The notes under the pieces: generated by a model
Seen by the model: the letters and a program-made list of their open reading frames with translations, nothing else
Told to the model about the DNA's origin: nothing
The model's database searches: none
Shown: positions 1 through 8,700 of the stretch, piece after piece
How the letters are laid out: each line of letters opens with the position of its first letter
Position numbering within the stretch: position 1 is the stretch's first letter
Made by a program: the position numbers and the translations under genes
IMG/VR virus record: IMGVR_UViG_3300036766_000194
Location: 186,001 to 250,000 of that record
DNA length: 64,000 nucleotides
Reading direction: 5' to 3' (one strand)

Positions 1-728
1 GGAGTTGACCCAGGGAGCGCCGGAATCTGGGGTGTTTGTACAGAAGTCTTAACTCCTGCTGGATGCTCAGGGTCTAACCCACAAATGCAGACTTCTGTGG
101 CGCTGCGTTCGTTATTAGCAACACATTCATCGGAGTGCTTGTCTCCAGAAGCAACATTTGGAGTCTCCCGCTCATACGTCGGAGAACTCTTATCCATATA
201 AGTGTTAGGTTCCAAATAATTGATCCCTAGATTCGGCGCGGTGCGATTAAGATAATCTGTAGCCATACCTTTATTGAAGAGTTCTATCTCTCCGAGTTTC
301 TTGAGAGCAGCTACTTTAGCAGCAGCCGTTAGTCCCGATCCTAGGATCTTATCAATACGCCCGGTAACTTCGGCATCGGTGAGTTTCTTCTTCATCCCGT
401 CTGAATTATCCTTCATAGACTCTATGTCATGAAGTGCTTCTCCTAGGATGCTATCCTCATTCATAGCGTTTTTGCTACGTCCTGACCAATCGTCAGGTAC
501 AGAACTAACGAGCTTTTTCTTTCCACCTTTACCCCCAGCGGGGAGCATACTGTGATGAGAAGCCGACTCAGCTATTTCTTCCAGTATATCACCGTCAATA
601 TGGTCATGAGTGCGCTTCAGTTGCGTCTCTCCGGACTTAACCGCATCCTTGAGACCAAGATCTTTCCAATCCGGCTCCCGGTCCGAAAGAAACGCATCAA
701 TTATAGAACTGTACTCTTTTTTAGCCAT
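1..728 (-). CDS. Hypothetical phage protein, runs off the window start; probably head-associated
   Basis: Translated by hand from ATG at 728 (MAKKEYSSIIDAFLSD...); open to position 1. Missing from the ORF track because it has no stop in the window. Contains KVAA/KTS motifs like other head-module proteins. Confidence 0.8.
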   Translation of the reverse strand, partial: MAKKEYSSIIDAFLSDREPDWKDLGLKDAVKSGETQLKRTHDHIDGDILEEIAESASHHSMLPAGGKGGKKKLVSSVPDDWSGRSKNAMNEDSILGEALHDIESMKDNSDGMKKKLTDAEVTGRIDKILGSGLTAAAKVAALKKLGEIELFNKGMATDYLNRTAPNLGINYLEPNTYMDKSSPTYERETPNVASGDKHSDECVANNERSATEVCICGLDPEHPAGVKTSVQTPQIPALPGST

Positions 729-733
729 GTTGG

Positions 734-1057
734 TTACTCCAAACTTCCTAGAATTTCATCAAGAAAGCCCATAGGTGCCTGAGCCGGGGCAGCAGCAATA
801 CGCTCATGGTTATCAACTTCTTCAGCAGTCAGGCGAACGATGCTATTTCCTTTTACCTTCCAAAAATCCTTGGTAGAAGGACATTCGTATACATTACCTG
901 CTACTCGCTGTAATCCCATACTTGCTATCTTAACTTTGACCCCTGGTGCTATTGTAGTTGCCAAAGCAAAATGATTATTAGAAGGTATTTCTTCTCTTAC
1001 CTGAGTTCCGACTCCATGAGATTCAACGTGAATTAGTTTAGACATAGATTCCCTCAC
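734..1057 (-). CDS. Hypothetical protein
   Basis: ORF track; ends 5 nt before the next minus-strand start. Confidence 0.7.
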   Translation of the reverse strand: MRESMSKLIHVESHGVGTQVREEIPSNNHFALATTIAPGVKVKIASMGLQRVAGNVYECPSTKDFWKVKGNSIVRLTAEEVDNHERIAAAPAQAPMGFLDEILGSLE

Positions 1058-1127
1058 TTCATTTAGGGTCTTGAATTCAGTATCTTGAGGAGTAATCGTT
1101 TAACGACCCCTATTTAGAGAGGAATAG

Positions 1128-1745
1128 TTGACAATGATACCCAATATTCAAATAATTTTCGACAACACTGCCGCAACAGACGGGGCTTGGTTCTATGTAG
1201 GGAAGTATTCAAAATGGAGTCTTTACATAAAAAACGGAGTTGACGCAGCAGTTGTCACCTCGGTTGAGGCTTCTTCTGACCCCACAATTCAATCTAATAA
1301 CGTACAATCTCCTGCTTATCAACCCACTGCTCTAGCCTGGAAGCCTTTCACAGTATATGCTTTGAACGCTTTGGTTGTAGACTACCTTGGAAACGTACAA
1401 AAGGCCACTGTAGCGGGGACAAGTGGATCTAAACCTCCCACCTGGAACACAACCGGAACAACAGCAGATAACACCGTAACTTGGACTTATCAAGCTGCTC
1501 AGGGAAATTCAAACTATAACTCAGCACCAACATCTTCTGCAACCCCAGCAGGAGTTGTTATTTGCCCCACTGCAACTACAGCAGCAGTATTAACCACCAC
1601 AGGGTCGGGAACTGTTTTAGTTACAGGTGCCAACACCCTTTATGTACCTAGTGATGATCTTTATGTAGGATATATTCGCGTTCGTAAGGCTTCCAGCGGA
1701 TCACTAGAAACTATTGCTTATCTTTCTGGCGAAATAGATAGCTAG
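1128..1745 (+). CDS. Putative virion structural protein with one Trp-bounded repeat module (CBM5/12-like)
   Basis: Thr-rich; WKPFTVY...DYLGNVQ...GTSG..PTW...DNTVTW module also found in the sheath and baseplate proteins; AGAGAGG SD upstream. Confidence 0.75.
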   Translation: MTMIPNIQIIFDNTAATDGAWFYVGKYSKWSLYIKNGVDAAVVTSVEASSDPTIQSNNVQSPAYQPTALAWKPFTVYALNALVVDYLGNVQKATVAGTSGSKPPTWNTTGTTADNTVTWTYQAAQGNSNYNSAPTSSATPAGVVICPTATTAAVLTTTGSGTVLVTGANTLYVPSDDLYVGYIRVRKASSGSLETIAYLSGEIDS

Positions 1746-1811
1746 TATAAGAGTTTGAGCAGGGCAGACAAAGCCTTGCTGCTGGAGGGAAGTCAGCTTT
1801 TCTAAGAAAAC

Positions 1812-1833
1812 AACTTTAGATCTTTACTTATAG
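1812..1833 (+). promoter_or_regulatory. Putative phage late-type promoter motif (AACTTT-N11-TATAG)
   Basis: Similar [AT]A[CT]TTT-N8-12-TA[TG]AG motif on the minus strand at 10587-10609, 12620-12638, 32466-32486, 32971-32990, 35615-35634, 48697-48717, 49921-49940, 50550-50569 and 53823-53842, each just upstream of a gene start. Confidence 0.5.
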
Positions 1834-1844
1834 GGAGTTACACC

Positions 1845-2732
1845 ATGAAGATTAGCCGTGAAGAATTCAAAAAACAGATTCGTGCTCGCCGATTAGCCAA
1901 GGAAGCAATTAGCAAATATGCTCGTCTCCAAACTGTCGCCGAGAAGTACCCGCGTCATTTTAGTGCCGCAATTGTAGAGTTGGCGAACTCTTTCCACGAA
2001 ATTGGTGAAGGTCTCCATACAATGAATGAGAACTTGGGACTATCAGTTCCTTCCAAGACAGCTTCGTTGGAGATTCGCGTGGCGGCGGCTAAGATTTATG
2101 GTAATAATTTCCGCCTCATTGCCACCGAAAATCCAGAAGAATTAGCCGGAGCAATTAATGAGATATATTCTGAAATCAATTCTCTAGCAGAAGGCATTGA
2201 AAACCTAGCTGAGAACGCAGGGGTTGAACTTGTGGCTCCTATGGAAAGCGTAGAAGAATCTCACGAGGAAGAACTTGCTGAAGGACATACAACTTTAGAA
2301 GGTCCAGAGTTTATTCAAGAAGAATTACAAGAAGCGGAAGAAGCTGCTGAAGCAGGAGATATGGAAGAAGCTGCTGAAGAAGCTCATGACGCTGAAGAAG
2401 CTGCAGAAGTTGTAACCGCAGGATCTGAGGGTTGGGTCAACGACCGCGATGAAAATGGTCAACCGAAGGCTCCCAAGGAAGCTTCGAAGAATCATCCTTT
2501 GTTCATGAATCATGCCCACAATCAACTCACTCGAATGGGTTGGAAGCATTCAGGTACAGTTCCTCAAACTGGTGACACTCCTCTATTTCACTACTATAGT
2601 CACGATGATCATCCTGGTGACGTGATTCATGTAGCACGTCATGGGTTTGAGCATGAAAAGGATGATGGTAGTGTGAAGAAAGGTCCTGGGATTCCAAGAG
2701 AGCTGCAGACTTATTTGCTCCGAAATTTTTAA
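1845..2732 (+). CDS. Acidic head-associated protein with a small C-terminal domain
   Basis: ORF track; helical N-terminus, Glu-rich linker, C-terminal LTRMGW... domain after KEAS. Confidence 0.75.
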   Translation: MKISREEFKKQIRARRLAKEAISKYARLQTVAEKYPRHFSAAIVELANSFHEIGEGLHTMNENLGLSVPSKTASLEIRVAAAKIYGNNFRLIATENPEELAGAINEIYSEINSLAEGIENLAENAGVELVAPMESVEESHEEELAEGHTTLEGPEFIQEELQEAEEAAEAGDMEEAAEEAHDAEEAAEVVTAGSEGWVNDRDENGQPKAPKEASKNHPLFMNHAHNQLTRMGWKHSGTVPQTGDTPLFHYYSHDDHPGDVIHVARHGFEHEKDDGSVKKGPGIPRELQTYLLRNF

Positions 2733-2779
2733 TCTTGTTGTGAGAACGCCAGGAAACCGGAACTCATAACCTGGTGCAG

Positions 2780-3073
2780 TCACGGTTCGCTGGCAACTGC
2801 ATCCACCTTATTTCTCGCAATCTTAGACCTTACATGATGTTGATGTTTCCTGGAATTGGTTTTTTGCTTCTTCTTGGGCATGGGCGCACCCTCTGTATCA
2901 AGATCATTAAATACAGCGGTATGCTTGGCGATGTTCAAACCTTTTTCTGGTTTAATATTATTGGCGATGTCTTCCATGTCTTGCCTGGACTTACCGTACT
3001 CAATATGGAAGCGAATTCCATTGTCAGTAAATTTGGTTGTAATCAGGCTATTCGCTCCCCCAGGGGGCAGCAA
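2780..3073 (-). CDS. Possible hypothetical protein or gene remnant
   Basis: TTG start, no clear SD; in frame with the upstream DUF932 gene. Confidence 0.3.
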   Translation of the reverse strand: MLPPGGANSLITTKFTDNGIRFHIEYGKSRQDMEDIANNIKPEKGLNIAKHTAVFNDLDTEGAPMPKKKQKTNSRKHQHHVRSKIARNKVDAVASEP

Positions 3074-3124
3074 TCGCCCTCTTGGCCGCCAACCAGAACA
3101 CTCCCGTGAGTACGAAGAATAACT

Positions 3125-3853
3125 TCATGCTGCCTGAACCACCAAACCGAATTCACGACCGATTTGCTGGGTAGAAATAAGACGAGTGGTGAGAGGCATA
3201 GACTTCATAGCTTCGGTGAAGGCGTTATGGAGAGACCAGGCATTGCGAGGCTGGAACTCCAGGTGACGCGGCTCAAAGTACTCGTGGCTAACGTCATTGA
3301 AAAGCCTTACGGGAAGAATCTTTTTGACGAAGATATCGTGAATCATCGCCTTGGCTTCCAGGTCACCCAATTCGCGAGCCTGAAGATTATTTACTTCGAT
3401 CTTGAGATTGGCATAGTGCTCTTCAAACTTCGCAACGGCCAGGTTGAGTTCCTGAACCAGATTCAGTCCGGAAGTGTGACGACGATCCATGGCAACGAAA
3501 TCACCATTAAGAGCCAGATTGTCGCAAACGAAGACGCGGAGACCAGCGACGATTTGTAGAGCCATAGAGCGGTCGTTCGCTTGACGGAAACCCATTGCGG
3601 CGCAGGTATCGGGAACACCGTTGAGGGAGAGATCGAAAGTTCCAAAGAGGCGGGAACCGTCAGCGCGAATGGCATACTGCTCGCGCTCGATGGTGATGTT
3701 GCGCTTGCTCAGTGCCAATTCCATCGTCTCGACAAGCTCGATATGCGGAACGGGCTTGAAAGTTTCGGTGGCAACAGGCATGGGAATGTTGCGAAGTTGA
3801 TCGCGGGAAACCAGGGTGGTATCTTTGTGGGCGGAAAGGACTGCTTGACTCAT
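3125..3853 (-). CDS. DUF932/DUF945-family phage/plasmid protein
   Basis: P.ATETFKPVPHIELV and ANDRSMALQIVAGLRVFVCDNLAL motifs; strong SD (CAGGAGGA). Confidence 0.85.
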   Translation of the reverse strand: MSQAVLSAHKDTTLVSRDQLRNIPMPVATETFKPVPHIELVETMELALSKRNITIEREQYAIRADGSRLFGTFDLSLNGVPDTCAAMGFRQANDRSMALQIVAGLRVFVCDNLALNGDFVAMDRRHTSGLNLVQELNLAVAKFEEHYANLKIEVNNLQARELGDLEAKAMIHDIFVKKILPVRLFNDVSHEYFEPRHLEFQPRNAWSLHNAFTEAMKSMPLTTRLISTQQIGREFGLVVQAA

Positions 3854-3872
3854 CGGTAAATCCTCCTGGGTC

Positions 3873-3883
3873 TATTCTACCAG
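3873..3883 (-). promoter_or_regulatory. Putative second promoter class (CAGTAGAATA / CAGTATTA)
   Basis: Recurs upstream of gene starts at 38785-38794, 41161-41168, 44296-44303, 45960-45967, 46459-46468, 53518-53527 (minus) and 16234-16247 (plus). Confidence 0.5.
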
Positions 3884-3957
3884 ACAGGAGGAGAAAAGCT
3901 TAACGATCAGGTCATGTTGCAATTTATGTGCTCTACTCATCATTGATGAGTAGGTGA

Positions 3958-4689
3958 TTACCTATTAGCGCGGGAAGTGAAGAGATGATCAAAGTGAGGG
4001 TTGGTTATGTCCACGCGAAATTCTCCCAATATTTCCGGATCACGACGGTAAATGTGGCACTGCTTTGCCAACTTTCTCTTACTGAATCCTTGCCCACTGG
4101 CACTCGCCTTGTCAATCAGACCGTGAATGAAAGCTCCCAAAGCGGCTTCATCACCACTTTTAGAATCATTCAACTGTTTTGCTGCTCTACTCATAGCGCG
4201 GCGAATGTCGGGACGATGTAAATTGTATGCGTCGGACACCTTTTGAAAGGATCGCGTCTGTTCATACATCTTTATTACTTTAGAAAGTTCCACTCCACTT
4301 GTTTGGTCTCTCTTAACAGTGTTTTCAAGCCCCGCTTTGGTTAGAATCTCGTGCATGATTTCTATGGTAGGCTCTCCCAAGAGAAGGAACGTTCCCAGTT
4401 TCTTTATCGCCATGCGGATATAGAAAGAACAAGCCGTCTGGGTGGACTTATGTATCTCGGCTAAGATGTTCTGGGTCTTACTTAACATGTAATAGGAGAG
4501 GAGCAGTTCTTGATCTTCTTTGGAAAGGTAACGGATCATCTTGAGGAACTTGGCGAAGTTTTCTTGTATGTAGGTAAAAATATCATCTTCTGCCAAATCT
4601 CCTTGAGTTTCAAGTGAAATTGTAGTATTACCAGCTAACGCCTCTTCTTCGGTCAACAACATACTGCGTTGCGCCGTGATTGAGTCCAT
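3958..4689 (-). CDS. Sigma-70 region-4-like double-HTH protein (candidate phage sigma factor or regulator)
   Basis: LSKEDQELLLSYY..SKTQNILAEIHKSTQTACSFYIRMAIKKL resembles sigma region 4; second HTH RSFQKVSDAYNLHRPDIRRAMSRA. Confidence 0.6.
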   Translation of the reverse strand: MDSITAQRSMLLTEEEALAGNTTISLETQGDLAEDDIFTYIQENFAKFLKMIRYLSKEDQELLLSYYMLSKTQNILAEIHKSTQTACSFYIRMAIKKLGTFLLLGEPTIEIMHEILTKAGLENTVKRDQTSGVELSKVIKMYEQTRSFQKVSDAYNLHRPDIRRAMSRAAKQLNDSKSGDEAALGAFIHGLIDKASASGQGFSKRKLAKQCHIYRRDPEILGEFRVDITNPHFDHLFTSRANR

Positions 4690-4719
4690 GTATATGCTAT
4701 TCTCCGTATAATCAGTGAC

Positions 4720-5253
4720 TTACGTCACATCCCCTTTCAACAGATTGTTGGATTTTAGACCTTGAATCTTTGCTCTAGCAGATTGCGCGGCGCGGCGTTC
4801 TTGCGTCCAAGATTCTAGAGGATAGGTTTTCTTGAACTTGTAAGTCTTTCCCAAATTCCAGGGAATACTCCCCAGTTTAGGTCCTGTCTTTTTGCAGGAC
4901 TTGAGTCTGCGTGCCACCCACGCAGTCCGTTGCTTCGCTCGGGTTTCCTCACTCGCCTTGACGCCCTTACGATTATTCCGTCCACCCTCAGCCTGATTGT
5001 ACTCGGCCAACGTCCCCAACCAATTGATGAAACGAATTTCCAGGAAGTCCAATTCCTCAAGGGAGACCGCTCTCGCTATCTCTTTAATAGCAAAACTTTC
5101 CACTCCATACTTGCGGATCGCTTTATGCAGGACAGCTTGGCCTCCGCCATTGGCTGTGCAAACGTGATCCCGCCAGCGCGTAGCGAGGTCAAAGGTTGTC
5201 TGACCGACATAACGCTTTCCATTGGCAAGATTTTCTATGAGATAAATAACCAT
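4720..5253 (-). CDS. GIY-YIG homing endonuclease with NUMOD3
   Basis: VIYLIENLANGKRYVGQT...RWRDH; YNQAEGG; SEETRAK. Confidence 0.9.
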   Translation of the reverse strand: MVIYLIENLANGKRYVGQTTFDLATRWRDHVCTANGGGQAVLHKAIRKYGVESFAIKEIARAVSLEELDFLEIRFINWLGTLAEYNQAEGGRNNRKGVKASEETRAKQRTAWVARRLKSCKKTGPKLGSIPWNLGKTYKFKKTYPLESWTQERRAAQSARAKIQGLKSNNLLKGDVT

Positions 5254-5339
5254 TCCAATTTTTTCCCAGTAGACTTGTATTAAGGCAGGGTGTGCCCAAA
5301 ATTCTAATATCTATCTTATTCAATACTAGGGTTTTGGAA

Positions 5340-5576
5340 TTAATCACCGTATGTGTTTGTGAGAGAGTGTAGAGAAGTCATGTCCTTGCCTGCTCTTATA
5401 GGCTCTCCATCCATATAAGCAATCCACTTGCCACCCTGAGTATTAACACAAACTCTAAGTTCTCCATTGTCGTGTCCAATATTTTCACGATAGTACCAAG
5501 CTAAATTGTCGCCAGATTGTTTCTCATCTTTGCTAAAACTACGGTGAGACATAAGGTCGTCTACTGATATCATCAA
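5340..5576 (-). CDS. Hypothetical protein
   Basis: ORF track; packed in the operon. Confidence 0.6.
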   Translation of the reverse strand: MMISVDDLMSHRSFSKDEKQSGDNLAWYYRENIGHDNGELRVCVNTQGGKWIAYMDGEPIRAGKDMTSLHSLTNTYGD

Positions 5577-5790
5577 CAGCAGAGGTCTTTTTGTTCTCCA
5601 AGTTTACTGTAGAAATCATCTTCAGTCCGCATTCGGGACAAGCCATGTCACTGTGCTTATGCCAATCGTGTTCTTTTTTGTGAACGGGACACTGAACAGA
5701 GCGATAGAGAGGGATTCCCATATCATAATTGCAACAGTAATCAGCCGCCTTGTGGGGTCGAGCTAGCAGCATTCTAGAAAAGAATCTCAT
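5539..5790 (-). CDS. Small Cys/His-rich protein with leader MRFFSRMLLARPHKAA
   Basis: Start moved to ATG 5790 (AGGAG SD); CC, CPVH and CPECG motifs. Confidence 0.6.
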   Translation of the reverse strand: MRFFSRMLLARPHKAADYCCNYDMGIPLYRSVQCPVHKKEHDWHKHSDMACPECGLKMISTVNLENKKTSAVDDISRRPYVSP

Positions 5791-5798
5791 GTTTTCTC

Positions 5799-8700
5799 CT
5801 ATGTGCTGTACATTTGTTCTGCGGCCCAACTCTCAAAACGCATAGCAGGATAACTATCAGGTCCAGGAGTTTCCCCGCGCATGGCCCAACTAAATCTTTT
5901 ACCACTATGATCGGGGTCTAAATCGGGGAATACTTTCTTTGCTTCGGTCAAGTTAGGGAACATTTGATACCCGTGTCCGTTAGGTGTAATTTCTCCATCC
6001 TTAACGCCGACCACTTGAACAGCCATAGTGTCCCGGCTATAGCCCCTTGTTTCAAGGTCATTTAACCAATTTGGAGCAGCCCTTTTCCCTCCAGCAGCAA
6101 GGCTTTGTCTGCCGCTGAAGTTACTTGGGGCGGCGGAGATTAGAAAAGCTGACTTCCAACAAGCCTTCTTGCCGAACGGAACGCCAGCCTTATCGAATAC
6201 GTCTTGAAGATACTCGATTCCAACCTCTTTAGTTCCAAGCCTTGCTGCTGCCTGGGTCTTATCACGCCCTGGCTTTTCTCCAACGATCAACACCTGTGTG
6301 GAGCGGGTGACGCTTCCATGGGCAACAGCACCTAGATTCACCAATTTCTTGGTGATCTCATCGCGCTTTTCCGGAAACACCCCGGTAATACAAAAGGTTA
6401 TACCGGATAGAATTTGTTTAGGAGCTTCACCACTCTGGTCCTCCGAAGCGGGAGCATGTGGACTGAGCTTGCTCTTACGGCCAGCAATGACATCAGACAT
6501 TTGCTTCAAGTCGCCCACCATCTGAGAGCGCGAATACTTTGCATCGTTTAGTTTCGTGACAATCAGAGCCAGATTGTCACCCGTGTATTCCTCGGCCTTA
6601 GCGAAATCGCTCTTTTGGAAATCGTAGAAAAGTTTCCCCTGTGTTTGTCCCACAACACCAATGGCGCGAATAACACTCTCATCATCAGCAATGTTGGGAT
6701 ATGCGATAGCACCCTTACCATACCACAACATGCGATCCCCAACGAGGCTAAGTAGATCGGAGCGTGAGAAGTTATAAATACGCTTAGTCCAAACATCCTT
6801 CATGCCCGGAGTGCCCACAGAAACGTTGGCATCCGCAAGAGGCTCCCAATGATTACGAGGAGGAGCGTTTTCCCACATACCGTCGGAGAGTTGTCCCATT
6901 ATCTCCCCATACCACAACCAAACCTGTGTTTTGTTTTCGAAATGAATTTGTCCATGTCCATAGTACTCGTACCTTTTCGTAGACGAAAATTTGTGGTAAC
7001 GCCGATACTGAGCTTCCCAGTCAGGAAGTTCCATAAGACTATTCATACCTTCAGTATCTGTGAAATAAGAAGGATCTTGTCCAGGATTCTGTAATAACTG
7101 TTCAAACGCAGAGATAAGATCTTCCTTAGAAATAAAAGAATAATATCCTTCTGCCGCAGCCGCAGCTACATATCTAGGTTCTGACTCAAACACGTCCGCA
7201 AATTCTTGTAATGTTTTAGGAGCGATTTTTAATGGGGCTACTCTAATTGTACCCGCGCCTCCATACCCCCCTTCCCAAAAAATGGCGATGAAGTTAGCAG
7301 GCATCTTTTCAAGAATATCCAAAGATTTACTTATAAGATTCGGAGTCCCATACCAAGTTAATTGTGTTAAGTTAGGATAGTCTTGATCACTATCACCCTC
7401 ATCAGCTGTGAGTTTATTTGAACTAGTTAAAGGCTTTCCATGACGATCCCAAGGACCAGGATTATCCGCGTGCTCTCCGGGTGAAGTATCTCTATCAACT
7501 ATTTCATCAAACCCCTTGTTGCAAGAGTGACAATAGTATTTGTTAGGCAGATTATGACTCGGGTCTTCCAAATAAATAGGACTATGACCGCAAAGAGGAC
7601 ATTGTGAGTTTACAAGTTGACCACCGCTAATATCTGCTTCAGACACGGCCATAAAGTTAGAAAAATTTCCCGTATTACCACACCCTTGACAGACGTCTAT
7701 GTAAGATCCGTCTTGAGGAAGAACCTGTATCTGATCACTACCGCAGTTAGTACAATGCTTACCGCGTTTGGCGGATTCTTTATCCTCAGAAGTTATCATC
7801 AATTCGTCTGCGTCTTCAAGAATACCACCGGAATCGTGTACTAATTCCTCAATCTTACCTTTGTAGCTACGAGGGATAGTCAAGGTGTCACCTTCCCATT
7901 CTACATAACGTCCATATCTACCCATAACTGCGTTATAAGCCTTTTCACGCTCAGGTTCTGGTTCTATACGTCCTTCGCCAGCGGAAGTAACTGGACGCCC
8001 GTGACGGCGATTATACTCATCTTTATTTCGTTTTAGAGCTTCTTGTAGCTCAGGATCTTTGGGTGTTTCAGAATCGTCAAGTTGTTTCCCTAGATCAGCG
8101 CGTAGTTTTTCTAACTCTTCTTCATTACCACTTGTCTTATTTCTACTTTCTTCTTGTTGCTGTCTAGAAACAATCCAAAGAACTATTTGAGAAAGTGTTA
8201 TATCAGGCATCGCCGAAAGCTCTTCTTCCGTCCAGATTCCGCCTCCTCCTTCCTTGATAAAACGAATAGCTTCTTCACGAGGAACGTTAAAACCTAATTC
8301 TTTTTGCCACCATCTCACTGCATAATAGGCGATGAAAGGTTGAGATAGATCACTTAGACATTTCTTGGGCAATTGGTCATATTCTCCACCGTGAACACCC
8401 CAATTAGAACCCTCTGCTCCGTGCTTAACAGGAAGAATTTCAGGAGCAACAGTGCGTTGGGGTTGCTGTTGTTGCATTTGCCCTGGCTGAACGGTACGGA
8501 GAGAAGGCATCTTAGATTTATCTTGTAACTCTTGTTTAGCAGGATCTAACACTTGAACGGGACTCCCGCTCGTGTTAGGCTGCTGATTAGCATAGGGGTC
8601 CGTTGCGGACTGCTTTTCTTCTACAGCAGCTAAAGTAAGAGATGATGCTTTAGGTTCAGAAACTACTTCATCCTTACGTTTCTTTCGTAGAACATTCATT

